NCBI GenBank assembly: GCA_036012905.1
Contig: DASCQF010000139.1
Span: forward strand, 31,273-95,272
Direction: 5' to 3'
DNA from: Vicinamibacterales bacterium
Lineage (GTDB): Bacteria > Acidobacteriota > Vicinamibacteria > Vicinamibacterales > UBA8438
Length of the DNA: 64,000 nucleotides
In this document: piece by piece, positions 57,503 through 64,000 of the stretch
Layout of the letters: every line of letters begins with the position of its first letter
How positions within the stretch are numbered: the first letter of the stretch is position 1
Made by a program: the position numbers and the translations under genes
Notes under the pieces: generated by a model
Told to the model about the DNA's origin: nothing
The model's input: only the letters and a program-made list of their open reading frames with translations
Databases searched by the model: none

Positions 57503-59128
57503 TTGGTACGGGATCTTCGGACACTGGCCCACACCCACTTCGACCTGCTGGTCGTCGGTGCCGGCATCTATGGCGCCGCCATAGCGTGGGATGCAACCCA
57601 GCGCGGACTCTCGGTCGCGCTCATCGACCGCGGCGACTTCGGCGGTGGCACCTCCGCCAACAGCATGAAGACGGTGCACGGCGGTGTGCGGGCGCTTCAA
57701 ACCGGCAGTCTTGCCGAACTCCGGTTGTTTGTGCGAGAGCGCCGCGCGTTGTCGCGGATCGCGCCGCATCTGGTCCACCCGTTACCGTTCATCATTCCGA
57801 CCTACGGTGAGCTTACCCGCAGCCGGCTGATCATGCGCGCGGCGTTCGAATTCTACGATCTCCTGGCCCGAGACCGTAATAATTCTCTCGACCGCTCACT
57901 GCATCTGCCGCCCAGCCGCCTCGTCTCACGCAAAGAGTGTATCGCACTGAACCCGGCTATCGCCCCAGAGGGGATCACGGGCGGCATCGTCTGGCACGAC
58001 TGCCAGATGCACAACGCTGATCGAGTGGTGCTGTCGTTCGTGATGTCGGCAGTCGCCATCGGCGCCGTGGCTTCCAACTACGTCGAGGCGACCGGTTGGC
58101 TACGAGACGGTGACCGTGTCGTCGGCGTCAAGGTGGCGGACCGTCTCAACGGCAACAGCTTCGACATCCGCGCAACGTTGGTCGTCAACGCGGCCGGACC
58201 CTGGGGCGAGGCGCTGAACGCGACCCTGTCGCAAGCGACCTCGTCAAGCCGCCCGCCAGGGTTCTCGAAGGCGATGAACCTGGTCACCCGCTCCATCACG
58301 CAAGACCACGCGCTGGGCGGCCTGGCGGGATCGCGATACCTGTTCGTGGCGCCGTGGCACGGTGTCTCTGTCGTCGGCACCAGTGAAGACCCGTTCGATG
58401 GCCAGGCGGACTCGTTGCGCGTGCGCGAGACCGACGTGTCGGCGTTTCTGCGGGAGGTGAACCGGGCGTTTCCGGCGGTCGGGCTCAGGCTGGACGACGT
58501 CCGGCTGGTTCATCGCGGTCTGCTCCCCACTGCCGACCACTCGGGTCGACTGCTGCTCAAGCAGAGCGTCGTTCGCGATCACCGCGCCGACGGCGCGCCA
58601 GGGCTAATGAGCGTCATCGGCGTCCGCTACACCACCGCACGTGGAACCGCCGAGCGCGCTACCGACACCGCATTCTCGATCCTCGGGCGGACGCCACCTG
58701 CGTGTCGAACCACCGACATCCCGCTGTTGGGCGGTGACATTCCGAACATGGCAGCCTTCGTCGCCGAAGCGACCGAAGAGACCGCAGATGCAGTCGACGC
58801 CCTTACAGGGAAACGCCTGGCGTGTAGCTACGGCTCGCGGTATCACGACGTTGTGCAGACAATGAAAGACGACCCTTCCCTGGTGGCACCCCTCTCCGAC
58901 AGCTGCCCAATCACGCGCGGGGAAATCCTGCACGCCGTTCGCCACGAGATGGCGGTCCGACTCGCTGACGCCGTGCTACGACGTACCGAAGCCGGCTCAG
59001 CTGGGCATCCCGGCCGAGCCGCCATGGTAGAGGCCGCGCGGGTCATGGGTGCAGAGATAGGTTGGACCGACGACCGACGCGAACGGGAAGTGGAGCACGC
59101 CGAACAGGACTACCGTTTGGACCCGTAA
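57503..59128 (+). CDS. glpD: FAD-dependent glycerol-3-phosphate dehydrogenase/oxidase
   Basis: TTG start. FDLLVVGAGIYGAAIAWDATQRGLSVALIDRGDFGGGTSANSMKTVHGGVR matches the GlpD dinucleotide-binding N-terminus. A C-terminal alpha-helical domain is present. Confidence 0.75.
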   Translation: MVRDLRTLAHTHFDLLVVGAGIYGAAIAWDATQRGLSVALIDRGDFGGGTSANSMKTVHGGVRALQTGSLAELRLFVRERRALSRIAPHLVHPLPFIIPTYGELTRSRLIMRAAFEFYDLLARDRNNSLDRSLHLPPSRLVSRKECIALNPAIAPEGITGGIVWHDCQMHNADRVVLSFVMSAVAIGAVASNYVEATGWLRDGDRVVGVKVADRLNGNSFDIRATLVVNAAGPWGEALNATLSQATSSSRPPGFSKAMNLVTRSITQDHALGGLAGSRYLFVAPWHGVSVVGTSEDPFDGQADSLRVRETDVSAFLREVNRAFPAVGLRLDDVRLVHRGLLPTADHSGRLLLKQSVVRDHRADGAPGLMSVIGVRYTTARGTAERATDTAFSILGRTPPACRTTDIPLLGGDIPNMAAFVAEATEETADAVDALTGKRLACSYGSRYHDVVQTMKDDPSLVAPLSDSCPITRGEILHAVRHEMAVRLADAVLRRTEAGSAGHPGRAAMVEAARVMGAEIGWTDDRREREVEHAEQDYRLDP

Positions 59129-59262
59129 CGCGAGCCCGACGGCCCCTGCCAAGGTTCAATGCACAATATCGGCAATTACTGGCACTGCCAAGTTGCCGAC
59201 GAACGATGTCGGTAGGGCAACGTTTCGAGGGTGCCGGTGTCCGTGCGTGGCCCGTCAACGCC

Positions 59263-59278
59263 TGGCATCGCGCTTGCG
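59263..59278 (+). promoter_or_regulatory. sigma-54 (-24/-12) type promoter candidate
   Basis: TGGCAT-CGCGC-TTGCG. The GG (59264-65) and GC (59276-77) have the canonical 12-nt register of TGGCAC-N5-TTGCW. It lies 25 nt upstream of AAGGAGG/ATG 59303. Confidence 0.5.
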
Positions 59279-59302
59279 TATCATCCGCCTCAAGGAGGCA
59301 CC

Positions 59303-59791
59303 ATGAACGTACCTGTAACAACGACGAATCTACTCGAACAGTTCGCCCGAACCCTGATGACGTCGCTCGATGGCAGTCGGGACGGCCAGCTGTCGACCAC
59401 CGAGTTCACGTCGTTCCTCTCCAAGTTCGCCGGCGAGGGATTCGGCACTGATGGCCATTCATCGCCATCCCTGAACGAGGGACCGGTCCCGGAATTGGCA
59501 GGCTTCAATCCGAGCAGGCTCGCTGAACCCAGCCACACGACTGTGAAGTATCTATTCGGGCGTGTTGCGCAGCGCTACAGCCTGGAGTCTGTTCACGACA
59601 AGACGAGCGCCGAGTCCCTGCAGCAGCAGATGCAGCGAGATCTGAAAGCCGCGGGCCTCAATGTCCTCAACGTCAGTCAGGACAAGATTCAAATCCAACA
59701 CAACGACGGACAAACCAGCTGGTTCGACATCATCCGCGACGCGACCGCCGGTAGCCCCGCATTTCAGTGGCTTGACACAGGGATTGCATAG
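59303..59791 (+). CDS. small protein with one canonical EF-hand loop
   Basis: AAGGAGG RBS 5 nt upstream of the ATG at 59303 (the track ORF starts at 59231). DGSRDGQLSTTE fits the 12-residue EF-hand loop D-x-[DNS]-x-[DNS]-G-x-[ILV]-x-x-x-E. The rest is not recognised. Confidence 0.6.
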   Translation: MNVPVTTTNLLEQFARTLMTSLDGSRDGQLSTTEFTSFLSKFAGEGFGTDGHSSPSLNEGPVPELAGFNPSRLAEPSHTTVKYLFGRVAQRYSLESVHDKTSAESLQQQMQRDLKAAGLNVLNVSQDKIQIQHNDGQTSWFDIIRDATAGSPAFQWLDTGIA

Positions 59792-59988
59792 GCGCAGTCC
59801 GCCCACCGGGTCTCTTGCAGTGGTCAACTGCCTGTCACGCCGACCCGAGCGGCCGCCTCGGAGCATCGCATAGCGCTCGTAGCGCTCCACCACCACGCGG
59901 AGCTGGAGGACGGACGGCGCAGGACGGATAACAGCGAATTCTTCCTGCGTATCTAGCTATGACGTCGGCAGCTGGCCTCGTGCTCCGA

Positions 59989-61995
59989 TCAGGGACGCGA
60001 GGCTAACGCATATGCCCGCAACTCTCGGGGGTGGTCTCCGCCCCCGGTCGCGAATACGAAGTACTGCTTGCCTTCGAACGCGTAGGTCATCGGTGCGCCG
60101 TCGGGCTCGGTTCCGATCATCCTTTCCCACACCATCTCCCCGGTGGCCTTGTCGAAGGCTCGCATGACACCCGTCGGGGCAGACCGGTCGACCGGAGGAT
60201 TCCTCTGCGTCGTAAACAGGAGCGTCTTGGTGACCAGCGGAGCGCTGGCGTTCGCGGCGGTCGCCGACATCAGTCCTAGGGGTCCAACATCGCGGTCATT
60301 GCCAAGTAGCTCGTTAATCGCCTCCCGCGGTCCGTCACCATGCGGGACCTGCCACACGATCTCTCCGCTGTTCAAGTCGATCGCGGTGAGACGGGAGTAG
60401 GGCGGTTTGACCAGCGGAAGCTCAGCCGACAGACCACCCCCGGGCAAGGGAACACGAGGCCACGGCGGCTCCCGAGCCCAGTCCTCGAACGTATACCGGA
60501 GGTCCGATTCGTCTGGATTGCCAGGCGTCAGCGCGGTGACGAACGGAAACGTGCTCGATTGGACGTACAAGATGCCGCTCTCAGGATCGAAAGCGCCGCC
60601 GGGCCAATTAGCCCCGCCCATGATTCCTGGCACCTGGATGACGCCTTCCTTGCCGTTCTCACCGGCCACAATCGGCGGGGTGAACAACGGACCGAGCACG
60701 AAGTCCCGGACAATTTCGAGTGCGCTGGTGCGCAACGCTGGCGTGAAGTCGATCAGGTCGTCCTCGGCAAGACCCTGCCGGTCGAAGGGAGGCGGCCGTG
60801 TCGGAAACGGCTGGGTGGGCGACATACGCTCGCCGGGCACCGTGCTCTGTGGCACTGGCCGCTCTTCAATCGGCCAGACCGGCTTGCCCGTTACGCGATC
60901 GAACACGTAGGTGAACGCCTGCTTGCTCAGCTGCGCGACAGCCTTGATCGGTCGGCCGTCGACCGTGATGTCGACGAGGTTCGGTGGGGCCGGGAAGTCA
61001 TAGTCCCAGACCCCATGGTGGACACCCTGGAAATGCCACACTCGGTTGCCCGTTTCGGCCTCCAGCGCCACCAAGCTCTCCGCAAACAGGTTGTCGCCGA
61101 GGCGGTGACCACCGTACCAGTCGTTCGTCGGTGTGCCAATCGGCAGATAGACGTAGCCGAGCTCCTCATCGCAACTCATCATCGACCAGACGTTCGTGCT
61201 GCCCGTGTAACGCCACGCCCCTTCTTCCCACGTCTCAACACCGAACTCTCCTTCTTGCGGGATGGTGTGAAAAATCCACTTCATCTCTCCGGTGCGCACG
61301 TCGTACCCGCGCACGTGACCGGGCGACATCGTTTGCGTATAGCCTTGGTCATTGACTATCGCGCCCACGACGACCGTATCGCGACACACCGTGGGCGGTG
61401 ACTTGATGTTGTACTGCTCGCGATCGATCTCGACACCAAGGCCGCGGGACAGATCGACGATGCCCTGGTCCCCGAACTCCGGGTACAGCTGGCCGGAGTC
61501 GAGCGTGAGGGTCAGGAGCTGAAGCGTGCCAGTGGCGAAGACGAGACGCCCGTCGTTGTCGAGGTCGCCGGGCCAGTACGCCACACCACGACTCTCCAGC
61601 TTGTTACGATCGGCGGGGATCGGAAAATCGTACGCTCTTGGGTCATACGACCAGAGCAGCCTCCCGGTACCCGGATCGAGCGCAACCACGAGGTTGAGCC
61701 CGGTGCTGAGATACAACCTGCCGTTCACCATCAACGGCGTGGCCCTAAACCGCTGCGTCCGGTACCCGGTCGGCTGCTCGACGTCGCCCACCTGCCACGT
61801 CCACGCCAACGCAAGGTCGCGGATGTTGTCCGGCGTGATCTGATCGGCCGCCGAGTACTTCGTGCTGTGCGAATCACCGGTAACCGCGTGCCACTCACTA
61901 TTCGCGCGCTCTGGACGCTGAACACAGGCGGATGCCGTTAGGAACATGGCTCCCGCGAGGCTCGCCGCGAGCCGCCGGGATCGACAACTTGTCAT
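59989..61995 (-). CDS. PQQ-dependent dehydrogenase (quinoprotein, eight-bladed propeller)
   Basis: The ATG at 61995 gives MTSCRSRRLAASLAGAMFLTASAC. ATPLMVNGRLYLST, ALDPGTGRLLWSYD and ALEAETGNRVWHFQGVHHGVWDYD are typical of glucose/alcohol quinoprotein dehydrogenases. Confidence 0.8.
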   Translation of the reverse strand: MTSCRSRRLAASLAGAMFLTASACVQRPERANSEWHAVTGDSHSTKYSAADQITPDNIRDLALAWTWQVGDVEQPTGYRTQRFRATPLMVNGRLYLSTGLNLVVALDPGTGRLLWSYDPRAYDFPIPADRNKLESRGVAYWPGDLDNDGRLVFATGTLQLLTLTLDSGQLYPEFGDQGIVDLSRGLGVEIDREQYNIKSPPTVCRDTVVVGAIVNDQGYTQTMSPGHVRGYDVRTGEMKWIFHTIPQEGEFGVETWEEGAWRYTGSTNVWSMMSCDEELGYVYLPIGTPTNDWYGGHRLGDNLFAESLVALEAETGNRVWHFQGVHHGVWDYDFPAPPNLVDITVDGRPIKAVAQLSKQAFTYVFDRVTGKPVWPIEERPVPQSTVPGERMSPTQPFPTRPPPFDRQGLAEDDLIDFTPALRTSALEIVRDFVLGPLFTPPIVAGENGKEGVIQVPGIMGGANWPGGAFDPESGILYVQSSTFPFVTALTPGNPDESDLRYTFEDWAREPPWPRVPLPGGGLSAELPLVKPPYSRLTAIDLNSGEIVWQVPHGDGPREAINELLGNDRDVGPLGLMSATAANASAPLVTKTLLFTTQRNPPVDRSAPTGVMRAFDKATGEMVWERMIGTEPDGAPMTYAFEGKQYFVFATGGGDHPRELRAYALASRP

Positions 61996-62101
61996 ACGTG
62001 TGCCCGTCGGGGTGGTCCGATCGTTGTGACGCTGCGTGTGTCGTGCAGCCACCGAGTATTCACCCTTATACACTGGTGCCTCGCCGCACGGCAAGACCGC
62101 A

Positions 62102-63724
62102 CTACGGTTGGGCGGAAGCGGGCATTCGCCGGTAGATGTTGATCTCGGGGTCGATCTTCTCCAGGTTCGAGAGTACGCCCCGAAACGACAAGAAATTCCA
62201 CTTGGGTCTCGATTGGTGGCTGAGCGCAGTCACATACGGAAGACTGCCAGTCTTCAGGAGCGCGAAAAATTCCCAGGAAGCATGCCCCTCCTCCCAGCGC
62301 CGTTCGTCATAGCTACTCGACGTGATCACGTACTCCGGTTCGACCTCCTGTAAATGCGCCACGCTCGGACCCATAGTCCCGGTCGATGAATACTCATGCA
62401 TGCGTGGAAGGTACATAGGAAAGCCGACCGTCAACACCAGGTCGTCTTCCGAAATGTGTTCCTGCATCCACCGCTCGACTGCATAGCGTGAATCGGCGGC
62501 CATCATGGCATTGACAGAAAAGGCGTAGGCAAACGTGAAGACGAACACCGCCACAACCCCGCCGATTCGCGCGACACGCCACCGACTCCCGCGCTCCGTG
62601 AAATGGGTCAGGAGCGGCGCCCCGAACAGCGAAAGCGTCACCGCCTCGGTCATGGACCAACGATCGTAGTGATACAGGAGCACGCTGAGAAGAAAGACCC
62701 AAAACGACGCCAGCGGGACGAGTAGCGCAAGAAGCCGTGTATTTCTGGGTTTCTGAATGAGTGCCCAGACGACACCGACAGTGCAAATCATCAGGAGCGG
62801 CCAGCCCATCGAGAATTGAAGATGACGCAGCCCTTGGGCAAAGTTCCCCAATTGCCCCATGAGCGAGTGCAGGAAGCGTTGTTCAGGCCCGAATACGTTT
62901 GCGGGACTCGTGACGAAGTCGACGTGCTGGACGAAACCACTCCAATTGAAGCTGACGTTATAGATGAGCGCCAGTGCTACGGCGCCGAAACCGAGAGCGC
63001 CGAGTGTTCTAAGGTTTATCAGAGCAGCCCAAATGCTGGCTCTGGAATCGGCCCGTCTATGCCAGACGAAAGCAGACCACCCAATCACCACGGGCGTGAG
63101 CACATAGTAGGAAGCGGCCTGGTCCTTGGTCCCGATGGCCAGCGCGGCTGCGGCTGAAAACCCCAGATAATCTCCCAGCCTATGGTCCTTGAGCACTCGA
63201 ATGAAGAAGAACATCGAGAGCTGGGTCCAGAAGAGCACCGGCACATCGACGTTGGCCGTCTTCGAGTAGTACACAAGCGGACAAATCGTGCTTGTGATCA
63301 ACGCGGCGAACACCGCACTCCGCCGGTCAAACAGTTCACGTCCGCACGCGTAGGCCAGCAGGACCGTCCCCGTACCCATGAGAACGCTCACAAATCGAAG
63401 CAGGACGTACAGGACCGCGTAGCTGATTTCGCTTCTGATGTCGATGAGGCCCATCCGATCGAGCAGCACAGCCGGATACTCCACGAGAGTGAGCAGATAA
63501 TAGTGAGCGGGCGGGTACACCTGCCACCAACCGTTCGAAAAACGGCGCTCGATTCCGTCGAGTACATCCAGCGGATTGATCTCGTCTGGCGCCCACGCGC
63601 CAGGCTCATTGGGCAGGCCCCACCAGATGCCATAGATATTGAGGAAAAGGCTGAGCCCGATAACGGCCACCAGCGCGTGTCGATACGTAAAGGAAAATCG
63701 CATATCTGTCGCAGGGCCGGTCAC
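62102..63724 (-). CDS. GT-C fold membrane glycosyltransferase (ArnT/PMT_2-like)
   Basis: GTG at 63724 or ATG at 63703. About 12 TM segments. APDEINPLD follows TM1. Visibly lower GC than its neighbours. Confidence 0.7.
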   Translation of the reverse strand: MTGPATDMRFSFTYRHALVAVIGLSLFLNIYGIWWGLPNEPGAWAPDEINPLDVLDGIERRFSNGWWQVYPPAHYYLLTLVEYPAVLLDRMGLIDIRSEISYAVLYVLLRFVSVLMGTGTVLLAYACGRELFDRRSAVFAALITSTICPLVYYSKTANVDVPVLFWTQLSMFFFIRVLKDHRLGDYLGFSAAAALAIGTKDQAASYYVLTPVVIGWSAFVWHRRADSRASIWAALINLRTLGALGFGAVALALIYNVSFNWSGFVQHVDFVTSPANVFGPEQRFLHSLMGQLGNFAQGLRHLQFSMGWPLLMICTVGVVWALIQKPRNTRLLALLVPLASFWVFLLSVLLYHYDRWSMTEAVTLSLFGAPLLTHFTERGSRWRVARIGGVVAVFVFTFAYAFSVNAMMAADSRYAVERWMQEHISEDDLVLTVGFPMYLPRMHEYSSTGTMGPSVAHLQEVEPEYVITSSSYDERRWEEGHASWEFFALLKTGSLPYVTALSHQSRPKWNFLSFRGVLSNLEKIDPEINIYRRMPASAQP

Positions 63725-63967
63725 GAAGCCAGCACTAGCGGCTCGTGGCGAACGTCAAGCGCTCTTCGACCGGTGCCGAACCTGCGCCACAGACAGAGAG
63801 ACCCGGCACATACCGTGTCGTCCGCACATTCTGGGCGGTTCAGACGTGTCGTGTATTTCGGAGTCAACTCGGTGGAACGCGGATATCTGACGACATCCGG
63901 GCACACGGGACGCCCGTAGGCGCACCCCAACATGCAACAGTGTAGCAGTTATCGTGGAGATTTTCCC

Positions 63968-64000
63968 ATGCGCGTCGCGAGAACACCGCTGTCCGCAAGA
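63968..64000 (+). CDS. 5' end of a gene running off the window
   Basis: GGAGA lies 8 nt upstream of the ATG at 63968 (MRVARTPLSAR...). Only 11 codons are visible. Confidence 0.25.
   Translation, partial: MRVARTPLSAR

Noticed and set aside
59180-59197. A second sigma-54-like site, TGGCAC-TGCCAAG-TTGC, upstream of the EF-hand gene.
   Set aside because: The GG-to-GC distance is 14 nt instead of the required 12, and sigma-54 promoters do not tolerate this spacing change.

Overview
High-GC (roughly two-thirds G+C by eye) chromosomal segment. The gene content (NHL, FG-GAP/CRTAC1 and PQQ propellers, multiheme cytochromes, LarC, many glycosyltransferases) suggests an Acidobacteriota- or Gemmatimonadota-like soil bacterium; that placement is inference only. 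I support about 53 protein-coding genes and one RNA gene, a type-A RNase P RNA at 26505-26963 on the minus strand. I recognised no rRNA, tRNA, CRISPR array, transposase, integrase or phage genes.

Layout:
- 0-5.6 kb: secreted and lipoprotein genes (TPR, NHL, PQQ-like propeller, tandem FKBP, an endostatin-like protein).
- 5.7-10.7 kb: a redox island with an octaheme cytochrome translationally coupled to a His-rich 4-TM protein, and a cytochrome-c::PHM-like copper monooxygenase fusion.
- 10.9-13.8 kb: pntAA-pntAB-pntB.
- 13.9-18.0 kb: a 1352-aa tri-modular amidohydrolase.
- 18.8-22.3 kb: a lower-GC glycan-modification island (Dpm1-like GT2, methyltransferase, cupin, DegT aminotransferase).
- 24.3-37.6 kb: a long minus-strand housekeeping array (epimerase, amidohydrolase, rnpB, NtrC-type regulator, ligA, polyprenyl synthase, tatD, metG, larC, radC, dapF).
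- 37.8-48.1 kb: a 10-gene minus-strand array that joins dtd and ttcA to a tightly coupled GT4/GT-C/methyltransferase/epimerase glycosylation operon.
- 48.4-56.4 kb: a cell-surface cluster (OMP, CRTAC1-like FG-GAP protein, two paralogous lipoproteins).
- 56.6-64 kb: methyltransferase, glpD, a small EF-hand protein behind a sigma-54-type promoter, a PQQ dehydrogenase and a second GT-C enzyme.

Most interesting non-standard signals:
1. About 88-nt inverted repeats, each ending in an 18-bp perfect palindrome, bracket rnpB.
2. A dispersed intergenic element carrying (TTCTGAC)n heptamer tracts is present in three copies.
3. Two convergent lipoprotein genes share a near-identical, unrecognised about 102-aa C-terminal domain. 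Its DNA forms about 310-bp inverted repeats around a two-gene cassette.
4. The cytochrome-c::copper-monooxygenase fusion.

All calls rest on reading the supplied translations and the DNA by eye. No database search was run.
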